This document shows, piece after piece, positions 38,355 through 47,530 of a DNA stretch of 64,000 nt. Both the position numbers and the translations under genes were made by a program. The DNA is taken from contig JBMORX010000010.1 in the NCBI GenBank assembly GCA_049322615.1, forward strand, positions 25,416 through 89,415. Reading direction: 5' to 3'. Origin of the DNA: Patescibacteria group bacterium. GTDB taxonomy: Bacteria; Patescibacteriota; Microgenomatia; CAYGWK01. Under the pieces are notes generated by a model that searched no databases, was not told the DNA's origin, and saw only the letters and a program-made list of their open reading frames with translations. How positions within the stretch are numbered: the stretch's first letter is position 1; every line of letters starts with the position of its first letter.

Positions 38355-39779
38355 ATGCGAGCGACGACGAAGTTTGTCTGCCAGCAATGTGGATATGAGT
38401 CGGCTGGGTTTTTGGGCCGCTGTCCAAATTGCCAAACCTGGGGAAGTTTAGTTGAGACGTTGGTGCCAGGAGAAGAGACCCGCCTTCGCCAAGGCTTCGG
38501 CGGGCAAGGGGCGGAGGTAAAACCAGTGAGTCTTGGAGAAATTAAAGTTTCCACCCTTCAAAGAATTTCCACCAAAATCCAAGAGTTTGATCGGGTTTTG
38601 GGTGGAGGAATCGTCCCAGGCTCGGTTATTCTTTTGGCTGGCGACCCAGGAATTGGAAAATCAACCCTGCTTCTTCAGGTAGCAGCAGAAATAAGTGATA
38701 AGGGCGAAGGGCGAAGTGGGAAGCAGGGAAATTTAGTTCTCTACGTTTCGGGAGAGGAATCGCCGGAGCAGATAAAAATTCGAGCCGAAAGGCTGGGGAT
38801 TAAGAATAAAAATATTTTGTTTTTGACCGAGACGAATGTAGAAGCGGTAATTGAGGAGATAGAGAAATGGGAAATGAGAAATGGGTCGGGAAGTGGGGGT
38901 GGGAACTGGGAAAACAAAAATCATCTCACTTCTCACATCTCACCCCCACCCATTCTAGTTATTATCGATTCCATCCAAACCCTCTATACTTCCTCTTTAA
39001 CCGGAACCGCGGGGAGCGTTGGTCAGGTAAGAGAGTCTGCGGGAAAATTACTCAATTTTGCCAAAACGCACGGAATTCCCATGTTTTTTATTGGTCATGT
39101 AACCAAAGAAGGGGCGATTGCCGGACCAATGGTTTTGGCTCATTTAGTTGATACGGTTTTGTTTTTTGAAGGAGAGAGATTTCAGAGTTTAAGAATCCTT
39201 AGGAGTTTTAAAAATCGTTTTGGACCAACCGATGAAGTTGGCGTTTTTGAAATGGGAGAAAAGGGACTTGAGGAGGTCTCAAATCCTTCAAAATTATTTT
39301 TAGAAGAAAGAAGAGAAAAAGTTCCTGGATCAGTCGTTACTTGCCTAATGGAGGGTTCAAGACCCTTGCTTTGCGAAATTCAGGCGTTGACTGTTCCCAG
39401 CCAACTTGCCATTCCTCGCCGGGTTGGGCAGGGAATAGACTGGAATAGACTTCAGCTTTTGGTGGCGGTTTTATCAAAAAGAGCAGGCCTTCCCCTCTCT
39501 TCTTTTGATGTCTTTGTTAATGTCGCTGGCGGAATTAAGGTGGCAGAACCTGGAGTAGATTTAGCTGTCTGTCTTGCTATTGCCTCATCTTTTGCCGATA
39601 AGCCCTTGGACCCCAAAATCTGCGCCTTAGGCGAAGTTGGACTGTTAGGAGAAGTCAGACAGGTCGGAAATTTAGAAAAAAGAGCCAAAGAAGCCCGCCG
39701 ACTGGGATTCACAAAAATTTTAAGCCCCAGGGAAGTCAGAACCGTTTCTTCAGCCATCAAAACCTTCATCGGCAAATAA
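38355..39779 (+). CDS. radA: DNA repair protein RadA/Sms
   Basis: N-terminal zinc finger CQQCG...CPNC, Walker A GDPGIGKST, KNRFG motif, Lon-like C-terminus. ATG after aggagg. Confidence 0.9.
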   Translation: MRATTKFVCQQCGYESAGFLGRCPNCQTWGSLVETLVPGEETRLRQGFGGQGAEVKPVSLGEIKVSTLQRISTKIQEFDRVLGGGIVPGSVILLAGDPGIGKSTLLLQVAAEISDKGEGRSGKQGNLVLYVSGEESPEQIKIRAERLGIKNKNILFLTETNVEAVIEEIEKWEMRNGSGSGGGNWENKNHLTSHISPPPILVIIDSIQTLYTSSLTGTAGSVGQVRESAGKLLNFAKTHGIPMFFIGHVTKEGAIAGPMVLAHLVDTVLFFEGERFQSLRILRSFKNRFGPTDEVGVFEMGEKGLEEVSNPSKLFLEERREKVPGSVVTCLMEGSRPLLCEIQALTVPSQLAIPRRVGQGIDWNRLQLLVAVLSKRAGLPLSSFDVFVNVAGGIKVAEPGVDLAVCLAIASSFADKPLDPKICALGEVGLLGEVRQVGNLEKRAKEARRLGFTKILSPREVRTVSSAIKTFIGK

Positions 39780-40025
39780 CTTTTGGGACCACAAAATCCA
39801 GCACAAAATCCAGGACTATCCTGGGTTGTCTCTGTAAACAATCGAATCACCATCGAATGACTACTGAATTACTACAGAATCACCTTCTTATTTAGAATTG
39901 TCAACCTTTTCCTCAATTTATCCACAAAATCCTAAAACTTCTAAAAATTAGTCAAAATTGAAGCTATTTCCCTGGAGAATTTTCTTATAAGACATAGCAT
40001 TTTTACTCATCTTTTTCTTATAGGA

Positions 40026-40054
40026 TTGACAAACTTGACAACCTGTGATATATT
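40026..40054 (+). promoter_or_regulatory. Promoter TTGACA-17-TATATT in a long non-coding spacer
   Basis: TTGACA 40026-40031, TATATT 40049-40054. Confidence 0.45.
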
Positions 40055-40884
40055 TGGAAGTGTATGAGCAAGAGATTTTTGGGAAACTTCTTAAAAAGAA
40101 GAATCAAGGTAAAATTACCTAATTTAGGTAATGGAAAAACCATTCTAGGTCTTTGGGGAAGCGAGCAAATTAAAAAATTAGGGAGTCTGGGGCAGGATTT
40201 GGTAATAATGAGAATGTCCGCCTAATCTTACTTCTCGCCTTACCCCGTCTGACGGGGTGCGGCTCGAAGAGCGATTATCGGCGGATAAAGGATGAAGGTA
40301 GTAAGTAATTAGTAATTAGTAATTGGTAATTTGGATTAGTTCATTGAAATTTTTCGCGTTAATCAGCGCGCGACACAAGTAGACACTTAAGGTAATCAGA
40401 GGTTTGCGTGTCGCGTAATCTGCGTTAATCCAGGCCTATCAGCGGGGAAAGAGTTCCAGAATGAACAAAAGAGCATTGCTATCGCTGGTTTGATAGAGTC
40501 TTACCACGAGTAGCAATGCTCTTCGAACGGTTTTCAAGTTTGGACAGGAAACTTGTAAAACCGTATTGACAATAGCATATCCTAACAAGTCTGTCAAGGG
40601 GTAAACCAGAATAATATTCGGTTTACCCCGCAGACCCCGCGTATAGTGCGGCGTTGCCGCAACGCGGCTTTACGCCGTTAAAATCGCGCCATGAGTCGCG
40701 CTACGAATAGTAGATAAGACGAATGGCAAGATTATACGGGGTCAAGTGGATAAGTTGGTTGACTTTAATTTTGTTCGACCCTAGAGATGGCGGGTGGTAT
40801 GTAGGGCAGGCGTACCACCTGCCTTTTGTGGGGTCGAAAATTGTTTTACGTGCCAGGCGTACTCTGTTTTCATAATTTTGGGTC

Positions 40885-40913
40885 TTGACAAGAGTAGAAA
40901 TTTCGTTTAAATT
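40885..40913 (+). promoter_or_regulatory. Promoter TTGACA-17-TAAATT upstream of rho
   Basis: TTGACA 40885-40890, TAAATT 40908-40913. Confidence 0.5.
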
Positions 40914-40979
40914 AGAATTGGATCACGATTGAATCGTGGTGGATTTTCCCCAAATGTTTTCTTTTTTCCTCTAAATCTT

Positions 40980-42149
40980 ATGATTTCTAAAACAAAAGGC
41001 ATATCTGTTGACAATCGAGTGTTGCCTGACTCAAGCCTTCCGACGGAATACCTTGAGGGAATCCTGGATATTTCCGAAGAAGGTTCAGGAGTTTTGCGAC
41101 CGAAGTTTATTCCTTCTGAGAAGGATATTTATATTTCCGCCTCACAAATCCGCCGCTTTTCTTTGCGTCAGGGAGATTTAGTTGGTGGTCAAGCCCGGGC
41201 TCCGAAAGAAAATGAACGCTACTTTGGTTTACTTAAAGTCGAGAAAATTAACGGTCTTGAAGCCGAGGGAGAGGAAATCCAAAAAAGACCATTTATTGAT
41301 GACCTAACGCCAATTTTCCCCCAACCCCAAATCAAACTTGAAACGGAAAAAGATGTTTTAACTTGTCGGATGATTGATTTGGTCTCTCCAGTTGGTTTTG
41401 GTCAAAGGGGACTGATTGTCTCACCGCCCAAGGCTGGCAAAACTTGGTTACTCAAAGATATTGCTGCGGGAATTGCTAAAAACTATCCCAAAGTTCACCT
41501 AATGGCGGTTTTAATAGGGGAGCGACCGGAGGAGGTCACTGATATCTCTCGAAGCGTTAAGGGCGAAGTGGTGGCTTCAAATTTTGATGAACCCCCAACT
41601 CATCAAACCAAAACTGCGGAAATTGCCCTTGAGCGAGCCAAACGCTTAGTCGAACTAGGAAAAGATGTCTTTATTATTTTGGACTCAATCACCAGACTTG
41701 CTCGCGCCTATAATCTGGCGATGCCGACCTCGGGCAGGACTCTTTCTGGCGGGTTTGATCCGGCCGCCCTTTTTCCCGCCAAGCACTTTTTTGGGGCGGC
41801 TCGAAAAATTGAAAAAGGCGGCTCTTTGACGATTATTGGCACTTGTCTTGTCGATACTGGTTCGCGCATGGACGATTTAATTTATGAGGAGTTTAAAGGC
41901 ACCGGCAACATGGAACTTCATTTGGACCGTCGCCTGGCGGAACGCCGGGTCTTTCCCGCCATTGATATTCAAAGATCGGGCACTCGCCAGGAAGAGCTTT
42001 TATATGAGCCCAAAGTGTACGAAAAGATTGTCACCATGAGGAGAATGATCGACATGCTTTCCCCTGAAGAGAGAACCGATGTCTTTATTGAGAGACTTAA
42101 GAAAACCAAAAGTGATAAAGAATTTTTAGAAAGCCTGAATAAGGGTTAG
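40980..42149 (+). CDS. rho: Transcription termination factor Rho
   Basis: EGILDISEEGSGVLR (CSD-like RNA-binding start), Walker A SPPKAGKT, LIGERPEEVTD, DSITRLARAYN. Start trimmed to the ATG at 40980. Confidence 0.9.
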   Translation: MISKTKGISVDNRVLPDSSLPTEYLEGILDISEEGSGVLRPKFIPSEKDIYISASQIRRFSLRQGDLVGGQARAPKENERYFGLLKVEKINGLEAEGEEIQKRPFIDDLTPIFPQPQIKLETEKDVLTCRMIDLVSPVGFGQRGLIVSPPKAGKTWLLKDIAAGIAKNYPKVHLMAVLIGERPEEVTDISRSVKGEVVASNFDEPPTHQTKTAEIALERAKRLVELGKDVFIILDSITRLARAYNLAMPTSGRTLSGGFDPAALFPAKHFFGAARKIEKGGSLTIIGTCLVDTGSRMDDLIYEEFKGTGNMELHLDRRLAERRVFPAIDIQRSGTRQEELLYEPKVYEKIVTMRRMIDMLSPEERTDVFIERLKKTKSDKEFLESLNKG

Positions 42150-42270
42150 AGAATAAATACCAATTAACCAATTATCCAATCAACTAATTATCCAATTTAA
42201 GATTTGTTGATTTGCTGATTAGATGATTAGTTGATTTGTTCCCCTTTTTGTGTTATCAATTTAATACTGA

Positions 42271-43356
42271 ATGAAAGAGCTGATTTCGGATTTTGTTTTA
42301 TTCTTGCGTGCTTGGGGAAATTATCTTTCCAAAACAAGTTTTCGCACCTATGTTTATTTTGAAAAAGCCAAAGATGCCTTGGTGGAAAAATTAACCTTCG
42401 GGCGAGGTAGGCTGGTTCGGCCCTTTGTTCATTCGGGAATGGCGGCTTTAGTGATTTTGGGAATGGCTCTGGCACCAGTGATTGCCTCTTCTGGCTTTGC
42501 TCAAAAGTCTTGGCAGGAGGTCCCCTCTCCTTCGGCAGTTTTATCCTCGGCAACTACCGCTGATCCCCAAACCACGACCTTAATCTCGGAAAAACCAAGA
42601 AGCGAAATTATAAACTATACTGTCCAGAGCGGTGATACTGTTTCTGGGATTGCCCAAAAATTTGGAATTTCCATTGACACCATTCGTTGGGCAAATAATC
42701 TTGAGTCTATCTCGGCAATCAAGCCTGGTCAAACCCTGCGGATTCTTCCGGTCACTGGCGTTTCCCATAAAGTTAAAAAAGGCGAGACAATTTATTCAAT
42801 TGCTAAATATTATTCAACTGATCCCCAAGGGGTGGTTGATTTTCCCTTTAATACCTTTGTTAATGATGAAACTTTTGCTTTGGCCGTCGGTCAAGTCTTG
42901 ATTGTTCCAGATGCAGTGATGCCTAAAGTCACTCCTTGGGCACCAGGGGTTTATATTGCCCGGAAGACTCCAGATGCCGGAACGGTCGTTGCTTCAGGAG
43001 TCTTTGTCTGGCCAGCCGGAGGAACAATTTCCCAACCATTTAGGTGGTATCATAAAGGGATTGATATTGCCAACAAAGGGGGTCCGGCGATTTTGGCCGC
43101 CGATGCAGGGAAAATTATTATTGCTGGTTGGCCTGATGGCGGAGGATACGGAAACAGGGTTTTGATTGACCACGGTAATGGCTATCAAACTTTATATGCT
43201 CATCTTTCAAGGATTTATGTCACTTCCGGTCAGACTGTCAAAAGGGGAGACCAAATAGGGGTGATGGGTTCAACCGGTCGGTCAACCGGCATTCATCTTC
43301 ACTTTGAGGTTCACAAGGATGGCGTTTCAATTGACCCAATGGGGGTTTTGAGATAA
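42271..43356 (+). CDS. LysM-domain M23 metallopeptidase
   Basis: Two LysM repeats (YTVQSGDTVSGIAQKFGIS, HKVKKGETIYSIAKYY). M23 motifs HKGIDIA and GIHLHFEV. Confidence 0.85.
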   Translation: MKELISDFVLFLRAWGNYLSKTSFRTYVYFEKAKDALVEKLTFGRGRLVRPFVHSGMAALVILGMALAPVIASSGFAQKSWQEVPSPSAVLSSATTADPQTTTLISEKPRSEIINYTVQSGDTVSGIAQKFGISIDTIRWANNLESISAIKPGQTLRILPVTGVSHKVKKGETIYSIAKYYSTDPQGVVDFPFNTFVNDETFALAVGQVLIVPDAVMPKVTPWAPGVYIARKTPDAGTVVASGVFVWPAGGTISQPFRWYHKGIDIANKGGPAILAADAGKIIIAGWPDGGGYGNRVLIDHGNGYQTLYAHLSRIYVTSGQTVKRGDQIGVMGSTGRSTGIHLHFEVHKDGVSIDPMGVLR

Positions 43357-43497
43357 AATTAGAGAAATAAGCAAATAAGCAAATAAGCAAATAAGCAAAT
43401 AAGCAAATGACAAATATCAAATTATAATTTGTAATATTTGTTTATCGCGAAGCGACAAGTTTTGCTTATTTGAGATTTGTAGTATTTGCTTATTCTT
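43357..43497 (+). repeat. Word hairpin (aagcaaat / atttgctt) with five tandem 8-mers
   Basis: aataagca x5 at about 43366-43410. The complementary arm is tttgcttatttgag...atttgcttatt at about 43461-43495. Confidence 0.7.
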
Positions 43498-43500
43498 GTG

Positions 43501-43574
43501 GGGCCTATAGGTAAACGGTATACCGCACCCTTCGCATGGGTGAATTCCGAGTCCGATTCTCGGTAGGTCCACCA
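43501..43574 (+). tRNA. tRNA-Ala(CGC)
   Basis: GGGCCTA/TAGGTCC acceptor (G3:U70), loop TTCGCAT, T-arm CCGAG-TCCGATT-CTCGG. CCA encoded. Confidence 0.8.
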
Positions 43575-43727
43575 CGTAATCCCGCCTCTGGCGGGAAACG
43601 TGGTAGGAACGTTTTCGCCAAAGGCGAATTACGTTCCACCCTTCGTCGGGGGCATGCCCCAGACATGCACCCTTAATTCTTGATTTTAATTCTTGACATT
43701 TTTCTGAGCCAATGTTATCCTCTTTGT

Positions 43728-43759
43728 ATCAGCGTTACGTAACGCTGTAACAAGAGAGG
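43728..43759 (+). promoter_or_regulatory. Palindromic operator-like site, copy 1
   Basis: cagcgttacgtaacgctg (43730-43747) + taacaagagagg, between the promoter TTGACA-17-TATCCT and the GTG start. Confidence 0.55.
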
Positions 43760-43761
43760 GG

Positions 43762-44292
43762 GTGAAGAGAGTGAGGAGGAGTTTTGAACCAAGAGAAAAA
43801 AGATTAGAGAAATTATCAAAAGAGCAACAATTAGATTTAATCTTTGACCTTATCAATGCCTTTAGTTTAGTAAGAAATCCTTACGAGACGGCTCTTTTAA
43901 TGGAGGATCTTTTGACCGCTGATGAGGTAAAAGATTTGGGCAAGAGGTTGCGCATCGCTAAGTTATTGCTTTTGGGGAAAACCCAGAGAGAGATTTCCGA
44001 AGAACTTCATTGTAGTCTGGCGACGGTGGCTAAAGTAAATTTGTGGCTTAACCAGAAAGGGGAGGGTTTTAAAAGAATTATTGCCAAATTGCCCAAAAAA
44101 TATCAAATGCCAAAGTTGCCTAGCCGACCTTTGACTTATCATTTCCCAGAAACATTAATAAGTTTAGCTTCCCATGCATTAGCCGTAAGACAAAAAAGAC
44201 AACTAGAGAATTTTGCTGACAAGATGGCGGACAAGGCCGTTATGGACAAATCGTTTCAAGAAGCAGTTGACGAAAAGTACCGAAATTCTTAA
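43762..44292 (+). CDS. TrpR/YerC-YecD-family DNA-binding protein
   Basis: RLRIAKLLLLGKTQREISEELHCSLATVAKV is a TrpR-like HTH. Confidence 0.65.
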   Translation: MKRVRRSFEPREKRLEKLSKEQQLDLIFDLINAFSLVRNPYETALLMEDLLTADEVKDLGKRLRIAKLLLLGKTQREISEELHCSLATVAKVNLWLNQKGEGFKRIIAKLPKKYQMPKLPSRPLTYHFPETLISLASHALAVRQKRQLENFADKMADKAVMDKSFQEAVDEKYRNS

Positions 44293-44315
44293 AAGAATTT
44301 TTTAAAAGATAGTCA

Positions 44316-44350
44316 GTTACAGTGTTACGTAACACTGTAACAAAGAGAGG
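44316..44350 (+). promoter_or_regulatory. Palindromic operator-like site, copy 2, upstream of the tRNA-Ala(GGC) promoter
   Basis: Perfect 26-nt palindrome gttacagtgttacgtaacactgtaac (44316-44341) + aaagagagg. An extended -10, TGGTATAAT, lies at 44360-44368. Confidence 0.55.
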
Positions 44351-44388
44351 TGGCGTTTGTGGTATAATAAATTGTGGCAGAATAATTT

Positions 44389-44464
44389 GGGCCGTTAGCT
44401 CAGTTGGTAGAGCGTCCCGATGGCATCGGGAAGGTCACCAGTTCAAATCTGGTACGGTCCACCA
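44389..44464 (+). tRNA. tRNA-Ala(GGC)
   Basis: GGGCCGT/ACGGTCC acceptor (G3:U70), loop ATGGCAT, T-arm ACCAG-TTCAAAT-CTGGT. CCA encoded. Confidence 0.8.
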
Positions 44465-44761
44465 CACTTCGTCCCGATTAAATCGGGACTACGCGTGGCG
44501 AGCCACGAGTCAAGAAGTGTGCCCCGCGTCGGGTTTTGCCTTTAGAAATAAAAGATTAATTTGATTTGTTAGTGAGTATTCTGAAATTTGCTTTTTAAGT
44601 TTAAAAAGAGTATAGTCTAACAAGGAGTCGCGGATCAGCGTGAATCAGCGTTGTCTGAAAAGCACCTTCTCCTGGACGCGGAAAAACGCGGATACAAGAA
44701 GGAATCTTTGAGCAACGGAAGTATCTGCGTTAATCTGCGTTTCCAGAGAGGAGGTGAGAAA

Positions 44762-45040
44762 ATGCCATTTACTGATCAAACATTAAAATGCCGTGATTGC
44801 GGCAAGGATTTTGTTTGGACTGCCTCAGAGCAGGAGTTTTACCAACAAAAAGGTTTTACTAATGCTCCGGTTCGCTGTCCAGATTGCCGGCAGGCAAAAA
44901 AGCAACAGAGAATGGGAGAAAGACAAATGTTTACCATTACCTGTGCCCAATGCGGAAAAGAGGACCAAGTTCCCTTTGAACCAAAAGGAGACAGACCAGT
45001 TCTTTGTCGAGAGTGCTTTAGAAAATCAAGGGGAGCGTAA
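44762..45040 (+). CDS. Zinc-ribbon protein with repeated CxxC pairs
   Basis: ATG 44762 after gaggaggtgag. CRDCG...CPDCR...CAQCG...CRECF. Confidence 0.7.
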   Translation: MPFTDQTLKCRDCGKDFVWTASEQEFYQQKGFTNAPVRCPDCRQAKKQQRMGERQMFTITCAQCGKEDQVPFEPKGDRPVLCRECFRKSRGA

Positions 45041-45193
45041 TTCGGAAAACTCAGAGAAATCGGTGTGTCAGAAAAATCAGATAAGTCAGACAGTCAGAGT
45101 GTCAGATTTTCTGAGTCTCTGGAATTCTGATTCACTGGCGCTCTGAGTATTCCGACCGCGTCTGACGCGGTTCCGAGTTTTCTGATCCTCTGA
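45041..45193 (+). repeat. Word hairpin copy 3 (tcggaa/tcagag vs tctgag/tctgat)
   Basis: ttcggaaaactcagagaaatcgg...ccgagttttctgatcctctga. Shares words with 21625 and 31106. Confidence 0.65.
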
Positions 45194-45202
45194 CTCTCCG
45201 AA

Positions 45203-47164
45203 TTAGGGTGTCGGGCTAACCTCTGGCTCGACTCCAGTTGGGAGGCTTAGAGGAGGCTTTATTCCTGGGGGAAGCGGCTGGGGTTGACTAAGGGTTTCTG
45301 ATGGTTTTTGCGATTCTTTTTCCGCCTTTTCTCCTAATTTTTTCTTTAGGGCTTCAAGTTCGGAATTTGCTTTAGTAAAGTCATCAGAGTCTTTAGGAAC
45401 CAGGGAAAGAGTTGTTTCCATTGCGGAAACTGCTTTCTCGTAGTCTTTCTTTTCCCTTAAGGCAGCCGAAAGATTATAATGACCGTTGGCAAAATTTGGT
45501 TTAAGGGAAACTGTCTGTTCAAATAATCTTTGCGCCTCATCCCAGTTCTGCAGACTAAAATAAACTCCACCTAGGGAAAGTCTCAATTGGGGATTTGCTG
45601 GGTCAAGGCTGATTGCCTGCTGATAGGCGGCGATGGTCCAAGAATCTGACCCTTGGGCAAAATTAATTAAGGAACGATAAATTCCCGCTAAGTTTTCCCA
45701 AGAAATTGAATTTCTTGGGTCTAAAGCGACGGCTCCCTTTCCCTCTCTGATTGCCTGCTGGACTAAAATTGAGATATTCTGCCTGTCTTGGTCTGATAGT
45801 CCGCCAGCTGGCGGATTTGCCGCCAGGGAATTGGCTAAAGCCAAGTTTGTTTGCGAATAGGTCAGCCGATAATTAACTCGATAAGGAGCAAGGGTGATGG
45901 CTTGAATTTGGAAATTATAAGTTTCTGTTCCCTTGTTTTGGGCTAAGGCATCCAAGGAGCGCTTAAAATAAACTTCGGCGGCATAGGCTCGACCGATAAA
46001 GTACAAAGTGGAGAGGGCGAAGAGTGAAGTGGGGACGAAGATCACCCAGGGCAGGATTTTTGATTCCTCGGAGTATTCTTTGGTTGGAAGGCTTGCGGCC
46101 AAAAGAGCAAGTAAAAAGTAAAAAGTAAAAAGTAAAAGAAAATTGGCAGGAAGGACAAAAAACAGGAGCAGAGAGACTAAGAGACTAAGATACAAAGTGC
46201 TCTTAATATCATAATATCTTAATATCTTAATCTCCTTTAATATTTGCCAGATTAACCAGAGAAACATTCCTAAACCAATTACACCAACTGTTGTCAAAAG
46301 TTGAAGATAGAAGTCCGAAGAGACCCCGAATTTAACTGCCCAAAAATCTGAAAGATTGAAAGCCAAAGGTCTTAGTTGATTGAAGGCGACAATAAAACTC
46401 GTTGGACCAACCCCAAAAAGGGGAGCAAATTTTAAGGTTTCAATGGCAATCTGCCAGCCGGTTTGGATTGGGAGAAGGAGGGGTCGGGCACTGGTAAGCA
46501 ATTGATAAAGAGAAACACCTAATCCACCTAAAATAAATACCAATAATACCAATAAATACCAATAAGTACCAATAGAGAATCGGCGTTGATCAGCTTTTAA
46601 ATCAGCGTAAATCCGCGTGATGGTAAGCACCAGCGCCACCACCAGAAAGGTCGCCAAAGGTAAAAGACCACCGGCTGGGGTAAAGGTTTTTTGAACAAGC
46701 CAGACGGGAAGATTCAAATTCCAGACCTTGGCAAATTCTAAGAAAGAGAAAATGCTAATAAGTGCCAGGATACTGGCACTAGCAATATAGCAATATAGCA
46801 ATTTAGCAATATAGTTTTCTTTGAGATTGTTAACAATGATGAAGTAGAGAAGAGTTAGCGCCAGAATCGTTCCCGCTCCCCCAGGGAGAATGAGGGCTTC
46901 GGCTTTATTTGGGCTGACCGCAAAGGTTGAGAGCAAAAAAGCGGCGGTAATGGCTAAAACTGGGAGATCAAATGGTGTTCTTCTGAAAACAACCTTCTTT
47001 TCAAGAACCATCTTCAAAAGCCAAACAATTAGCAATATAGCAACATAGCAATAAAGCAAGATATTTTTATTAAATTCATAAAATTCCGAAGTTATCGGCA
47101 GGAAAAACAAAGGCAAAAGAAAAACTAAGATAATAAGCCCCCAGTTTATGATTTTGTTAAGCAT
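45203..47164 (-). CDS. O-antigen-ligase-like polytopic membrane protein with C-terminal TPR repeats
   Basis: More than 10 predicted TM segments, TPR-like repeats (AIAAYQQAISLDPANPQ..., AQRLFEQTVSLKPNFANGHYNL...), Pro-rich tail. Confidence 0.6.
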   Translation of the reverse strand: MLNKIINWGLIILVFLLPLFFLPITSEFYEFNKNILLYCYVAILLIVWLLKMVLEKKVVFRRTPFDLPVLAITAAFLLSTFAVSPNKAEALILPGGAGTILALTLLYFIIVNNLKENYIAKLLYCYIASASILALISIFSFLEFAKVWNLNLPVWLVQKTFTPAGGLLPLATFLVVALVLTITRIYADLKADQRRFSIGTYWYLLVLLVFILGGLGVSLYQLLTSARPLLLPIQTGWQIAIETLKFAPLFGVGPTSFIVAFNQLRPLAFNLSDFWAVKFGVSSDFYLQLLTTVGVIGLGMFLWLIWQILKEIKILRYYDIKSTLYLSLLVSLLLFFVLPANFLLLFTFYFLLALLAASLPTKEYSEESKILPWVIFVPTSLFALSTLYFIGRAYAAEVYFKRSLDALAQNKGTETYNFQIQAITLAPYRVNYRLTYSQTNLALANSLAANPPAGGLSDQDRQNISILVQQAIREGKGAVALDPRNSISWENLAGIYRSLINFAQGSDSWTIAAYQQAISLDPANPQLRLSLGGVYFSLQNWDEAQRLFEQTVSLKPNFANGHYNLSAALREKKDYEKAVSAMETTLSLVPKDSDDFTKANSELEALKKKLGEKAEKESQKPSETLSQPQPLPPGIKPPLSLPTGVEPEVSPTP

Positions 47165-47468
47165 AGGTGGCTAGCTCCTTTTGGTGGATTTCTTCTAATT
47201 TTCTTAGGGTTTTAAACTCTTCTTTGGTTGGCATATCAGCCTTTAAGTCAGAAACATCTCTTTTGATATCTCTGACATCCGTTTCCACCCTTTCAAGTCT
47301 TTCTTCTACCATTTTTAGTTCCTTTTTGGTAGCTAAATTTTCAAGATCTTCTTTAGTCGCCACATTTTCCAAGGCTTTCGTTATGGCTCTTGAAATTTGG
47401 GCCACTGCCTCCTCAATTTGCCTTTTTATAAGTTCATTAATCTCTTGAAGGTCTTTTTTAGTTAGCAT
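47157..47468 (-). CDS. Coiled-coil protein
   Basis: 103 aa, heptad-like charged repeats. 8-nt overlap with the downstream gene. Confidence 0.45.
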   Translation of the reverse strand: MLTKKDLQEINELIKRQIEEAVAQISRAITKALENVATKEDLENLATKKELKMVEERLERVETDVRDIKRDVSDLKADMPTKEEFKTLRKLEEIHQKELATYA

Positions 47469-47530
47469 ATTAGTTTATCACCCACAAATTGAATTTTATC
47501 TCACGATCTATCGGCGTGTCAACCCCGACT

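Noticed and set aside
39780-40979. Possible tmRNA, RNase P RNA, SRP RNA or 6S RNA in the long spacer before rho.
   Set aside because: I could not find the diagnostic strings (GGGG...tRNA-like 3' end with a tag ORF, GAGGAAAGUCC, or the SRP GNAR/AGCA motif). It is left as unassigned structured RNA.
43366-43410. Five tandem aataagca units, considered as a microsatellite or mini-array.
   Set aside because: They form the 5' arm of a word hairpin whose complementary arm lies at about 43461-43495. They belong to the hairpin family, not to an independent array.
44322-44564. 80-aa ORF.
   Set aside because: It covers the palindromic operator and the whole tRNA-Ala(GGC) gene. Only its last ~10 codons are meaningful, as a remnant of a GIY-YIG gene (reported as a finding).
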